The notes: generated by a model not told the origin, from the sequence alone. Counted from the whole stretch's first letter, positions 1 through 13,568 are shown. The stretch: DNA of 63,908 bases, filler included, from Octopus bimaculoides (GCF_001194135.2; 7 parts of 7 records of this genome joined end to end with filler, not necessarily neighbours in it); one strand, 5' to 3'. Translations and numbers: made by a program.

Positions 1-290
1 CTTTGAACAAAACAAACAGTTTAAATCCAACCCCCAAAAACTCTACCAAGAACTGGGTAAAAATAAAATAGACATTACTGCAGCACCAACAGCAGAAGAA
101 CTAGAGAAATTCTGGAAACAAATATGGTCGGTGAAGCAACAACCCCAGAAAAGGACCATTAAAACAACGAACTTAGCATCTGAGCAACTCTGGACCCCTA
201 TGACAGCTGAAGAGGTCACCCAGACACTGCAAAGACTAAGCAACTGGAAGGCACCTGTACACGACAGGATCCCCAATTTCTGTTATCAGT
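1..290 (+). mobile_element. R4/Dong-like non-LTR retrotransposon fragment (region just upstream of the RT core)
   Basis: Frame starting at base 2 reads FEQNKQFKSNPQKLYQEL...EELEKFWKQIW...LSNWKAPVHDRIPNF, matching the NxxFxxNxxxFY and NWKAPGxDxIxNFW motifs of R4/Dong ORFs. Truncated by the window edge and ends at about 290. Confidence 0.7.
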
Positions 291-309
291 TGGACAGATA
301 TTAAAAATA

Positions 310-2878
310 TAGGAGGCACAAATTTACTGATCTATGCAGGAGTGATGTAATCACCAGAAGATTAGATATCTCACAGGGAAAGATTAAAAAAGATTAAAAA
401 AGGGCAAATGTGGAAAAGAAGACTATAAAATATAATAAAGACTTTCAGACAAATCTGGGTAGAAGAGAAGCCTGGAAATTGAACACGTTACGAAACACAA
501 GATGCTAATCTTCCCTCGAGAAAAGATACTTAGTCAAATAGTTAGGATTTGAGACAGTAATAGAAGAGTTGATACATGTAGCATAGCAATAGCAGGCAAA
601 CACTCCAGATACTACAAAAGAATAGATCAGTATCAACAGAATAGATTATATGAGACAGACGAGAGGAGATTTTATAACCAAATAGATAGTGGAGAGTAAA
701 GTACTGAAGCTAGAAACCTAACGTAGAAGACGCTAGAAAGTTCCGCTGTAATATTTGGGATAAACCAGTTAAAATACTGAAGATGCAGTATGGTTAAAGT
801 AAGAGAGGGAAGAAGTAGTGAGTGAGAAGCAGCCAGATCTAAGATTGACTACTGCATTAGTGAGTAAAGTGATAGGAAGAATTACTATTCGTGTGGTATT
901 TGTTAACAAGAATGCTTTCAGAAATAATTTACGAGCACCTTGACAACCAGAATTTACTGCCAGAAGAACAGAAAGGTTGCAGGCAGAAAGCTAGAGGAAC
1001 GCATGATCTATTATACATAGCTAAATGAGATCTCAATGAGGTAAAAGCTAGAAAGAAAAATTAATCTAACAATTGGATAAATAGATTATTGAAAAGCCTA
1101 TGATATGATCCCATACTCATGGATAAGTGAATGCTTGAGTATATCCAGCATAGCAGGTAACATAAGAGTGCTAATTAGCTGTGACATGACGAAATAGAAC
1201 GTTGATCTCTATTCATGTGACACTCGCTTATGAAAACTTAATATCAAATGAGGAATTCTCCAGAGTGCTCGTTGTCCCCTTTAATATTTATTTTATGTTT
1301 GATCTCCATCACTTTAATATTGAGGAAGACAAAGGCAGGTATTAATTCAGAAATAGTAAGGGGAAAATTAACAATTTGCTCTACATGCATGATCTGAAGC
1401 TTTTTAGTAAGAATGAAAAAGAGATAGATTCCGTAATACAGTCTGTAAGACACTTCAGCAAAGATATAAGCCTAGAATTTGACATGGATAAGTGTGAAAT
1501 ATTAGTCATGAGAAGGAGACAGGTAGTCAACAATGAAGGCATACAATTACCAGATGGTCAGACATTAACATCTTTGAAGGGAAGTAAGAAGTATAAGCAT
1601 TGGATTCTGACAGGGTACTATCTACAGAAATGAAAACGAATTTGAGAAGGAGTACATAAAAAGGGAGAGGAAGCCTGTGGAGTTAAAGCGAAATGGTCCG
1701 AATTAGTGATGGGCAGTATCATTACTTATATACTCAGCATTTTTGCAGATTGGACAAAAACTGAATTAGCAAAGTTAGACAGAAGTAAGAAGGAATTCAG
1801 TATGAATGGAGGACTCTAGACATTGCCAGGAGTAGCAAGATTATACCTACCAAAATGGAAGGCGGAAAATGGATAATATCAGTAGAAGACTGTGTGGAGT
1901 TAGCTAGAGTAGATATAGATTCCTATATAGGTAATAGTGCAGAACGTTTATTAAAAGCTGCTACATTCACAGCAAGACATAGGAAAACCGAAAACGCAAG
2001 GGAAGTTAAAAATCAGAAAAAAAAACAACAGAAATTATCTGACTGGCAGGGGAAGGCGCTGCATAATACATTCCGAAAGATAGTTGGTGTAAATGGTAAT
2101 AGTGAGACATGGTTATGTTTGCCGAAAGGAATGCTGAAAGGGAGGCAGAGAGTTTGTTAATAAGTGGACAAGATTAAGCATTAAGGAATACATAGATAAA
2201 CGTCAAGATAGACAAAAACAAGTAGATTCTCAATGTAGATTATGCAAATGAAAAGAGGAATGTGTTACTGTAGCACGCTGGCACAAAATGAATAAAAGAA
2301 AAGATATGACAATCTAAGGAGAGTAATCCACTGGGAGTTATGTAGAAAACTAGGATTTCTATATACCGATAAATACGAACGTAGTATAGTATAAGAAAGT
2401 AGGACATACAAGATGTTGTGGCACTTCAATATTTAGACTGACAAAGTAATAGAAGCCAGAAGGGCTGTTTGATAGTCGTAGATAAAGAGAATAGAAAGTG
2501 TGAGATAATAGACTTTACAGTCTCAAATGATGAAAACATTAATATGAGAAGTATAGAAATAATAGCAAAGTACGAGGACCTAGATATTGAATTACAGAAA
2601 CTACGGAAATTGCGGGTAAAATGTGTCTCAGTAGTTATGGGTTCATTGGGAACTATCCCTAAAGGTATATAAGGAAATAGACATAAAGCCCGGTTTAGTA
2701 TAGCTCCAGAAAACAGTGTTATTAGTGACAGGTACGATAATTAGGAGGGCACTTGAAATCTAAGGTTAATTGTTGTAACCTGTTAGGAGCGTTCTAGGTA
2801 TCTAAGTTTACTTGTTGTTGCCCGAAGTTAGGATGTTTTGTTCTTTTCTTTCAATCTAATCTGTTGAGTGTATAAGAA
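310..2878 (+). mobile_element. Degraded R4/Dong-like LINE (RT plus C-terminal restriction-like endonuclease), many stops and frameshifts
   Basis: Motif remnants in order: QYQQNRLYETDERRFYNQID (~630), KAYDMIPYSWI (~1095), LLYMHDLKLF (~1378, YMDD equivalent), VIHWELCRK (~2325), IVVDKENRKCEIIDFTV...KYEDL...VVMGSLGTIPK (2470-2665, RLE). Ends in an (ACT/AAT)n tail at about 2880. Confidence 0.85.
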
Positions 2879-2925
2879 AATAATACTAATACTAATACTA
2901 ATACTAATAATAATAATAATAATAA

Positions 2926-3480
2926 ATGCCCGGATGCAGTAACAGGCAATGGCTCTCATGGCTTCTGATCTTAATTGATTGGAAGTGTTATCATGTACAT
3001 TGTTTTGTCTTAGTATAAAAGATGGGCTACAGCAAATAATCTGCTTAATACCACAGATTTGCTTGTCAATTGTTTGACCATAACCAGTTGAGCATGACCC
3101 TTGGTGGCTGACAATATGTGCATCTCTGATCATGAGCAGAAGTAGTGGGGGAGCATCATAGCTATGTGTTGAGAGGTATTATTTGGGACTTGAATAATTC
3201 ACCTTTGAAACACGGGTGTTTTGCTCAACATCCTTAAACAAACCTTATTCAAGGACGTTTTGAGCGGGATGGGCTACTCGACCTGAAGAACATTCTAACT
3301 GGGCCCCACCTGCGAGGTCATGTGCTGTTTATCTTGATATGAAATCACCATGTCGCGCACATATGGTTGTGATGCATGTGTGTGGTGTATCCTTATCAGA
3401 CGGGTAGTCATGATGGGTATAATGGGCTTCGTATATTTTACCCCAGTGTCACTTTGATGGCATGCACTGCTCTCTCACTC
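2926..3480 (+). mobile_element. Non-coding ~555-bp interspersed repeat embedded in (AAT)n
   Basis: Complex sequence bounded by (AAT)n-type repeats on both sides (2880-2925 and 3481-3568), with no coding similarity I recognise. Family status is from recall of octopus repeats only. Confidence 0.45.
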
Positions 3481-3548
<68 letters not shown>

Positions 3549-3568
3549 TAATAATAATAATAGTAATT
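3481..3568. repeat. (AAT)n microsatellite
   Basis: Direct reading of the sequence. Confidence 0.95.
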
Positions 3569-3757
3569 AAATATTTACATATGTAAATATTCGTATATTA
3601 CACTTTGTTTTCGCTTGGCCTTATGGTCGTAGTTTGGACTAATGATATTGTATGTAAGAATGTGAGGACGAGGTAAAATTTTATATTTACTCATTTTGCT
3701 TGTAGAGTAAGGTTATAAATACAGTTTCCTGTTTGAATTAGTTTTATAATACTCGCC

Positions 3758-4148
3758 GTGGAGGCGCAATGGCCCAGTGGTTTGGGCAGTGGACTCGCAG
3801 TCATAGAATCGCGGTTTCCATTCCCAGACCGGGCGTTGTGAGTATTCATTGAGCGAAAACACCTAAGGCTCTACGAGGCTCCGGCAGGGAGGGGTAGCGA
3901 ACCTTGCTGTACTCTTTCACCACAACTTTCTCTTGGTCTTACTTCTTGTTTCTGTTGTGCCTCTAATTCAATGGGCCAGCCTTGTCACACTGAGTCACGC
4001 TGAATATCCCCGAGAACTACGTTAAGGGTACACGTGTCTGTGGAGTGCTCAGCCACTTGCACGTTAATTTCACGAGCAGGCTGTTCCGTTGATCGGATCA
4101 ACTGGAACTCGTGACGTCGTAAACGACGGAGTGCCAACAACAACAATG
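3758..4148 (+). mobile_element. tRNA-derived SINE with (CAA)n tail and target-site duplication
   Basis: A-box TGGCCCAGTGG and B-box-like GGTTTCCATTCC, tail CAACAACAACAA. Flanked by taatactc(g/a)cc at 3747-3757 and 4149-4159 (10/11 match). Confidence 0.8.
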
Positions 4149-5052
4149 TAATACTCACCAAGTTCCAGAGAATAAGTTAAATTTCTATTTCGCTTTACTT
4201 ACATACCAGTGTTGAAAACATGTTTGCATTTCGACGATGTGCCCATCCACTTTTTCACCTGCAGCATATACAGGATATCTTGATAAAAATTGCTATGAAG
4301 ATGATGAAAAATGTGATAGTGAGTGTAATGGTGAAATTCTGAATGATAGTTATAGTAAAAATGATAATTATTACAGTGGTAGTAGTAGTGATGAGGATGG
4401 TTGTAAGAATAATTACGGCTAGAGTACTAATAATATTGATATAAATTTTTCAGGTACATGTCTTTGACCAAGCAGTGATGGTGAGAACTGGCAAGGTGGA
4501 GGTCCTCAGTGGTATATTTTCTCCTTAAATTACTGTGTTGGTCTGGAGAGAGTGTCTAGAGAGCTTGTGGTTTTTGAGAATATAAGCTGTAATTAGGTTA
4601 AAGGAAAATATACTACTGGTTTGTCGTCAATGACGAAACATGAAAACCTGCAAAGTATGCTTGGGGAAGGGGTTGGTAGTAGGACACATTACTTGAAGAA
4701 ACAATCTATACAAGGACTGATGTACTTTTGTGATTCAACGGCCATCTAGCAGTGTGTACATAAGTGTTGGTGTGGTCACTGAGCCTTGGTAGGCATCCCA
4801 CATACTGCTTGTGTCACAATAAATATACTGGTGATTGCACAAACTTATAAAAACTAACTACAAATAGTGATGTCATATTCAAGCAATGATTACAAATGGT
4901 TTTACTGGACCAGAACTGTAAGCAGGGGAAGATATTGCGCACGGCACATAAGGACTGTGTGTGTGTGTGTGTGTTTGACTGTGTACATATATATGTGTCT
5001 GTATATGTGTTTGCGTTTGTGTGTGTGTGTGTATCCATGCGCATGTGTGTGA

Positions 5053-5084
<32 letters not shown>

Positions 5085-5129
5085 NNNNNNNNNNNNNNNN
5101 NNNNNNNNNNNNNNNNNNNNNNNNNNNNN

Positions 5130-5167
<38 letters not shown>

Positions 5168-6101
5168 CGTGTGTATTTGTTTGTGTGTGTGTGTATGAAT
5201 GTGTGTGATTACGTGTGTGCGTGTGTGTGTGTGTGTATATGTAGATTTGCCCACAGATAGTATATACATACACATTAAGTAGGGTGTCTACATGTTATGT
5301 ATGTATGATTTAATACTAGTATAGATGCATAGCCATGGGCGCTAATATGTTAACAGAATTATTTGGAATGAACAAGAAAGAAACAAATGATCCTAATGCT
5401 ATTTATAGTTATATGCATTTATCCATGGCTTGTGTTCAATAGTGAGGTGTTTAATTCATTAATAATTCCTGCATTTATATTAAAATATCCCCTGATGATT
5501 ATGATGAAGAATGTATAAAGATAATATCTATTAAACGACAATGATTGTACTTTTAATTAACTGTAATTAATAAGCACTCAACTAATTTTACTTTATAATA
5601 TCTTATCTAATATGTTACCAAAGTTGTGCGGTAGCTTCCTGTGAGCATTGAAATATTTCGATTGAAAAATATAAGGTGATATTTGCAGCTGGTGACATGC
5701 CAAGTATTACTTCCTAATTCGCAGCTTAGTTAAGAACTACACGTTCATAGTCTGAAACGCTTGGATAAGTTGCACTTAAACAATTCTGATTTACAATATA
5801 CATCTGATTTCCCTCTCTCTCTCGCCCCCTTCTTTCTAACTATCCATCTATGATATATGCATACATACATATATNNNNNNNNNNNNNNNNNNNNNNNNNN
5901 NNNNNNNNNNNNNNNNNNNNNNNNNNNNNNNNNNNNNNNNNNNNNNNNNNNNNNNNNNNNNNNNNNNNNNNNNNNNNNNNNNNNNNNNNNNNNNNNNNNN
6001 NNNNNNNNNNNNNNNNNNNNNNNNNNNNNNNNNNNNNNNNNNNNNNNNNNNNNNNNNNNNNNNNNNNNNNNNNNNNNNNNNNNNNNNNNNNNNNNNNNNN
6101 N

Positions 6102-6132
<31 letters not shown>

Positions 6133-8245
6133 ATACATATACATATGTAAACACAAACGCATAAACATACCTATGTATACACACACAGATATACTGCGTG
6201 AGTGTAGATTTCTCTATTCAAATAAACTATTGCAAACTTAATTCGAAATCTTTGTTAAGGAAAACACATTACTTTACGAATACTTTTTGTTAATATAAAT
6301 TACTAAAATGGGACTTAGCTGTCAATTCCAGACATAGAGTGATTGTTAAGTTAAAATGTCCAGCAAGCTGCACAAACCGTGCGTATTAGTTAAGTCATAG
6401 TTACGGAGAAACAAACGTGGAGCGTGGTATAAGTAGTTAAGTTACACTGTGATATTTAGTCACCTGAAAATATTGCCGTGTGTTCGAATAAAACTAATAA
6501 TATCCTTCGTCTTCATTCTTCCACACTCTAGAACTGTAAATTTCAATAAAATATCGGAATTGATTGCCTTGTCTAAATCCCTTCAACCAGAAGGTCACGC
6601 TACATTTTAATTACCTATGTCTGTGGCTTGAGGAAATGACATCTAGAAATAAACCTTAATAACAATTTAGCTTTCTGGATGAGGATAAAGTAATCAATGA
6701 AATTAATAAATGTGGCTATATAAATCCGATTAATGCTAAATGAATTAAGCGTAAAGATATGTCACATGACAATTTAAACTGAAAGGTAGGAACAGGTATG
6801 AACGAACACTAGAAAGACTTTCACTGTTAACAAGCGTGTAACAGCAGCCCAACGAACAGGCAGAATCTTTAGAACGTGGAACAAATGTTATGATGTTAAT
6901 TTTGGGCATTAACATCCTGAGTTCAAATTGCAGTCTAGAAGGTATCATTTACCTATACTCATTTCAAAACGGTGGAGTAAACTACCTGCGAGGTACATTT
7001 ATTACTTCCGATCTTTGGCAATAATAAAGCGCAAGCTTGATGGAATGTAGCCGAAATCTGAACCCAAAATTCAGTAGCCCATGACATGTAAAATAGCAAT
7101 CTTGTCGGTGTAAACAGACAACGTATCAATACTACATCATGATATAAATCATTAACATTGCACCTATCTCTCAATGCTCAGGATGTACCGTAGGGTATGT
7201 CTGTGCGTGTAAATTATGTATCGATCGTGATATAGAAACTGAAATATATTGCTCAAAACACCTTAGTAAATATGTGTGTGTGTGTGTGCGTTTGTATGCG
7301 AACAGCTACATTTATACAGGCGAATCTAAAGGATCACAGGGGATGTGTAATTTCGGCGGTCGGCCTGTACACTGCATACGCATTGGGGGTTAGGTGCCCT
7401 GTTCTTTGCTTGTGGGGGAGCCAGTGTTGAAGTGCAACCTATGTTAAAGATATACAATTAGGTTGTTGACAGCCAGTAGTTTGAAGTTCAAGAGGATGGC
7501 GTACCACTGATGGCAGCATAAATACATGTCATATTTCCTGTTGCTACACACTGCTAGTTGGTGAAGAATACACATTTCCTTGGGGAGACAGGTAGGCACT
7601 TTCGGGAGATTGATGAGAAAGGTGGAGCTCTGTCGATTGTGGTTCATTTGTCGATGGGGTTTCCTTCCGCAGGTCACGGAAATGCTTGAAGAGAAAAGAT
7701 GCGTACTCTCGCCTATGGTCTTCTATTTATACTAAGTGATTTTCAAAAAAATCCAGACAATCTCGGTGTTAGCATGACATCAGAGCTTGATTGCTGGGTA
7801 TTTTTCGTAGTCAAGTATTCATATCATTGAGTTACCAACATCTACCATATCCAAAGTGAATCGGGTAATTCAGAACTGTCACAAAGGCAAGCTGACGTCA
7901 AAGTTTGACTTTTGAAATTGAGATGTCTTTCATTAATATGTAAACAATACTGAAACTTTGACCTCTAAAAAAAGTAGAAATGTTGACTAAAATAGTAAAA
8001 TAAATTACAACCCTTTATTTTTTTATCTTTTATCTGGCGATACGCCTTGAAGTATTTTATGTCAAATGAATCGAGCCTAATACTTATTTTATAAGAGTAG
8101 CAATCATTCTAATCTTTACGACAATTTCTCGATATTCAACACGGGCATTGACTTTCCTAGCTGTTAGTTCGATACAGGCGCTCCATACGTAAATGAGAAA
8201 TTCATTTCAGCATAATTTGAAATTATTGAGATACAGTCGAAGATA

Positions 8246-9151
8246 TACGAGTTGGTATCAGAAATTTTCCAAGCTAGTTATATAGTGCGTCAACAAATGT
8301 CAGCACATGGTTGCATGCGCATTGAGAGCTATCAGTGACATCCATGAGCCAGTCTGCCGAGAGGCATCGCTGTGTTATCTTCGCAAGCTGGGAAATTTGT
8401 ATCTTTGTGGTCACGTGTATGCTCTAGTCAGCGATGCTTGTCACGGACAGGAGCAAAAAGCCAACATGAATTTTTGCATTAAATTGGTGTGTCTGCTACA
8501 GAGACAGTGAGCACGCTTCAGCAATCGTACAACTACGATGCAATGGGTCGAACGCAATGTTTCGAGAGGTACGGGCACTTCAAAAGCGGAAGAACGTCCT
8601 TAAAAGACGATGAGCGATCTGGAAAACCTGCCATTTGCATCACCCCAGGAAATGTGGTGAAAATGCATCTGCTTGTGAATGAGGTCGTCAGAGGAGAGTC
8701 AACAACGCTTTGATGCATTTGAGGGAGTACTTTCGATGAAAGTGACCGGACCTATAGAGCGCGAAGAATTAGATTCTTCACGACAACAATGCACCTTGTC
8801 ACCGCGCTCTCCTCTTTCGTGAGTTTCTCGTCCAAAAGAACACGTTATCGCATCCACACCCGCTCTATTCGCCAGATTTAGCACCTGCTGACTTCACTCC
8901 CTTTCCCAAAGTTAAAATACATCTCAAAGGTCACCGTTTTCACAAATTGTTGAGATCCAGAGCGAATTGCAAAAGGTTCTCGATTCATTTACGTAAAGCG
9001 ACTCCCAGACCAGATTCCAAAATTGGCAGGAAGGCTGAGAGCAGCGTATTTCTGCGCAAGTTGACTATTTCAAAGATGATGTTAAAACTTGGGCGAATTA
9101 ATTATTTTCAATTAAACTAATAGTCCGGGAGCTTTTTAATAACACCTTGTA
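8246..9151 (+). mobile_element. Internally deleted mariner transposon
   Basis: TA at both ends and degenerate TIRs (tacgagttggtatcagaaattttcc / rc tacaaggtgttattaaaaagctccc). Transposase remnants ...FKSGRTSLKDDERSGKP (HTH region) and HDN...HP.YSPDLAPADF. The central catalytic part is missing. Confidence 0.85.
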
Positions 9152-9155
9152 CTTT

Positions 9156-9388
9156 ACCGTATTTACATTATTTACATTATTTACATTCGACGGATATTTG
9201 CCTTCATCTTGTTTGTTGTAAGCACACCATTTCGGTTGATATATCCTCCAGCGTTCTTCCGGTGTCTTGGAGAAATTTCGAACCTGCGTTCTCATTCCTA
9301 AGGTGAGGACAAATATCCGTCGAATGTAAATAATGTAAATAATGCAAATAAGGTATATAATTCTTCATCTCCTAGATATAGAACTGTA
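9156..9388. mobile_element. Hammerhead-bearing repeat (family S), inverted-arm copy with 11-bp TSD
   Basis: 9156-9303 is the family S body on the minus strand. 9304-9388 is its 3' part on the plus strand. Direct repeat ccttgtacttt at 9145-9155 and 9389-9399. Homologous to 19910-20145 and 29220-29420. Confidence 0.75.
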
Positions 9389-10074
9389 CCTTGTACTTTG
9401 TTCGTTATACCGGTAAGTGGGGACGACAGAAGTCATGTAATAATTATTTGAATTTTTGCAGCAAAGGTCTTGCGCATTTTGATATATATCTTAAATGCTA
9501 TGTTTACACCTGCGGAGGAGATAGCAAATTTTAAAAATTATTGATTAGGATGAATTATATATTTCTAATGTTAGTGACGTTGACGAGGACAAAACTAGTT
9601 GAACGCATTTGAGTGTAGCACCCTTAGCCACTAAACATTTTTTCGTTTCATTCTCATTAATTGCTTCATTACACACGACGAAATGAATTTCGAGTTTGGA
9701 GTCCACCATTTAAATACGCACAAAAATATTGTAATTAGCAGTGATGAATAACCGTAATCAACACGAAACTACTTCATACACAAATAAAAAAATTGCCTTT
9801 AATTATTCATGCTCTTTCAATCGTGTTAAAAAGAGTGTGCGAATAAGAACAATACGTAAATCAAAGTAATATAGCTGCAAGTTGTGTACTTCACGTTATT
9901 ATATATTTTTTAAAAAAATGTTGACATGAAAACCAAGACACAAAACATACTCTTTTCAGTCGATCACTATGCAATACAGCTCTATTTTCGTTATGCTTGG
10001 CACATAAATAAACTCACACACACATTCACACAAACGCTTACATATAAACACATATCTAGTTTAACATATACATG

Positions 10075-10230
10075 TATGTTCTGCGTTGAAATTTCGCCGT
10101 GGTCAACTTCGCTTTCATCCTTTTTATGTCGATAAATTAAGTAGCAGTTGCGTACTGTGGTCGATCTAATCTACTGGCAGCTTCCCCACAAATTTCGGGT
10201 CTTGTGCTTAGACGAGAAAAGAACAAGTAC
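10075..10230 (+). mobile_element. Partial tRNA-derived SINE (family 1)
   Basis: Shares gttgaaatttcgcc...ctttcatcc...gtcgataaattaagta with the copies at 23055 and 24107. The 5' head is missing. Confidence 0.6.
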
Positions 10231-10255
10231 ATGAACAAGTACAGATCTATACATA

Positions 10256-11351
10256 CAGGGGTTGGACAAAATAATGGAAAAACCTTAAAATTTCAAACAC
10301 ATTTATTTTAATATGTTCAATAATATTGAGATCTGGGGGCTGTGGTGGCCAGATAAGATGTTCAACTTCACTAGAATATTCTTCGTGCTATTCAGTAACA
10401 AATTTAGCTGTGTGAATTCGTGCATTATCATACTGAAAGATTGCGCTTCCCTCCGGAAACAGTTCCACAACCATAGCATGAACTTGATCAGATAAAATGC
10501 TTAAATAGTCTTGACTATTAATTTTTCCATTAAGGGAAACGATTGGGCCGGCGGATTTCCAAGACATACCCCCACCCAGATCATCACAGATCCTTTCTCC
10601 GTGGTTAACATTTGGAATAAGGTAGTCTGGCTCAAATGCTTCCTTTGGCTGTCTCCATACATATACTCGTGCAGCGGTCGGAAATAAGGTAAACGATGAA
10701 TAATCTGAGAATATAACATACTTCCACTGGCCCAGGGAACAATTCTGTAGGTCTTTACTACGCTGTAAACGCTTTGCAACGTTTGTTTTTGAAAGTAGAG
10801 GTTTTCTAATTGCAGCCCTCCCGTGAAATATGGTTTTGTGCAGCTCCTGGAGAAGAGTTTTTTGTGGAACTGCGTTCTCGAGGTGGTCATTAAGCTCTGC
10901 AGCAATTTTGGAAGTTTACTTTTGTGACCCTTTCTAACAATTAGCGTAAGAGTCCGACGGTCCAAATCTGAAAGTTTTGGTTTTCTTCTGGAGTTTTGTT
11001 TCGACAAGGAGGTTTTTTTCCCCTCATTCTGAAAGGCTGTCATCACTTTCGAGACAGTACTTCTCGATACATCAAAAACTTCGGCTGTCTTCGTTACGCT
11101 AGCGCCTGCAATACGAGCACCAACCATTTGCCCTATTTGAAAAATGCGATGAATTTATAATTTGAATGAATTTTAAGTACATTTTCCTGATGATAGCTGA
11201 AGAGAAACAGCAATTTTAGAAAAAACATATTAAACATCTCTAATAATAAATCAAAGAACAAAAAAATAATCAAGGTTTTGACGGTTTTATAGACATTTCA
11301 TAATTATTGTTCTATGGTGCTTAGTGTTTCCCCTAATTTGTCCAACCCCTG
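10256..11351 (-). mobile_element. Tc1-family DNA transposon, frameshifted and C-terminally deleted
   Basis: TIR CAGGGGTTGGACAAA at both ends, each flanked by TA (10254-55 and 11352-53). Minus-strand remnants MVGARIAGASVTKTAEVFDVSRSTVSKV (HTH) and FQYDNARIHTAK...WPPQPPDLNIIEH (DD34E-type motifs). Confidence 0.92.
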
Positions 11352-11367
11352 TATACATACATACATG

Positions 11368-11427
<60 letters not shown>

Positions 11428-13494
11428 NNNNNNNNNNNNNNNNNNNNNNNNNNNNNNNNNNNNNNNNNNNNNNNNNNNNNNNNNNNNNNNNNNNNNNNNN
11501 NNNNNNNNNNNNNNNNNNNNNNNNNNNNNNNNNNNNNNNNNNNNNNNNNNNNNNNNNNNNNNNNNNNNNNNNNNNNNNNNNNNNNNNNNNNNNNNNNNNN
11601 NNNNNNNNNNNNNNNNNNNNNNNNNNNNNNNNNNNNNNNNNNNNNNNNNNNNNNNNNNNNNNNNNNNNNNNNNNNNNNNNNNNNNNNNNNNNNNNNNNNN
11701 NNNNNNNNNNNNNNNNNNNNNNNNNNNNNNNNNNNNNNNNNNNNNNNNNNNNNNNNNNNNNNNNNNNNNNNNNNNNNNNNNNNNNNNNNNNNNNNNNNNN
11801 NNNNNNNNNNNNNNNNNNNNNNNNNNNNNNNNNNNNNNNNNNNNNNNNNNNNNNNNNNNNNNNNNNNNNNNNNNNNNNNNNNNNNNNNNNNNNNNNNNNN
11901 NNNNNNNNNNNNNNNNNNNNNNNNNNNNNNNNNNNNNNNNNNNNNNNNNNNNNNNNNNNNNNNNNNNNNNNNNNNNNNNNNNNNNNNNNNNNNNNNNNNN
12001 NNNNNNNNNNNNNNNNNNNNNNNNNNNNNNNNNNNNNNNNNNNNNNNNNNNNNNNNNNNNNNNNNNNNNNNNNNNNNNNNNNNNNTAACTCTATTACTCC
12101 ACTTTCGATACTAGCTTAACTCAGAGATGAGTGTTTCTAAAAGTCATCGTAAACGAGAACCAAAGCACGCGTGTCGGAATTCCTGGTATCAGCGACTGCT
12201 ACCACATCTATAGATGGTAGTGATCTGAGGTCAATGAGAAGGCATCAATGGTTTCAGGGTGACACGAAGCTACACATATTAATGCAAAGGAGCATATTTC
12301 GTCTAACTAATGACTTTTTTGTTCTGCTGATGATGGGGCATAAAATTATCTTGTGTGCGGTGGCTTTTCTGGTGTCCTAAACTGGCCTCTACGTGGTCGT
12401 GACTCTACTATTTCCAGCCTCATGTTTGAAATTCTTCCACATTTCCCGATATATATTTAATTGTATCGTTACTAATTTCAGATCTCCTGGGTCATTAACT
12501 GGGCAATTATTGAAAGCATACGCCTTTGTCATCATGTCTCCATTTTTCTTCTATTGCTCAAAGTTCGAAATTATTTGCAAGAATTTTGGTTTTGTTGCGT
12601 GTGGATTTGTGTACTTTGTTGGTGTTAGTTTTATTCTAATAGTTGAATTTGTGTGCTCGTGTCTTCATTAACCCCTTCCGTCTTCGTTTTTTTTTCGTTT
12701 ATTTGGATCTCATTTTGTTGCAATCCTTTGAAGTGGTGAAGTTGGTAATGGATTAAGCATTGTTCAGGATCGATGTCAAATCGTTGTTACCTTGCGTTTC
12801 TTCTCTTTCCTTTGGTTAATTTCACTTCTTTTACCCTAACATACATTTTTCATCGCATGAAATATGACCGCATGGACAAGAGTTAACCAGTACATGGTTT
12901 CTTGTGAGTAAGTATGTATATGTATGTAGTTTTGTGTGCTGGAGAGCGGGAAATAGGGGAACGAAAGACAGAGAGAGAGTTCGGTTGGGGCAAATTGTGG
13001 GTGACGAAATAATTGTCTGTAGTCATTATTTCTCATGCAATTCATTGATAGTGCGTTCTTCTTTAATTCTGTAGGATTTTTGACATTTTTACTTTCACTT
13101 ACTTCCCTAATATGTTGGTGCGGTTTCACGGAATGTTGCTTTGCGAGACCCTATCTATTCAAAAATATCTTGACCGTGCCTTACCCTAGAAAATACCTTA
13201 CCTTAGATATCTTTACGATGTTTTACCATATATCACACAGAGTCTTCTCTAGTTTAGCATTGATAGTTCCACGTTATGTGACATTAAACTTGCGCAGCAA
13301 TATGTAACAAGCTTTCTAGCGGTTGAACTTTACGATTAGTAGAGGAGAGTTCAAAATCCACTTAGATCAGTTAATAAACGTAACCATTGGCCGCTAATAA
13401 CCCATATACAAAATCATATCCAAGGCTATACAAGATTATTATCACCGTAGAAATGATAGCCAAATAATTGTCTTCGTGTGTACTAATTAGTAAC

Positions 13495-13534
13495 ATCATG
13501 AATTCGGTAGACGGAAATTAAAAGAAGCCCTCGC

Positions 13535-13568
<34 letters not shown>

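Noticed and set aside
4240-4900. Possible piggyBac remnant (acidic stretch, KPAKY-like peptide)
   Set aside because: Only one short motif, no TTAA-CCC terminus, and many stops. I cannot support the call without a profile search.
11186-11210. CUGAUGA...GAAAC inside the Tc1 leader
   Set aside because: No stem II can form between the two core motifs, so it is a chance match.
12100-13300. Possible very old LINE RT on the minus strand
   Set aside because: Only a vague QxGF-like resemblance. Not supportable by eye.
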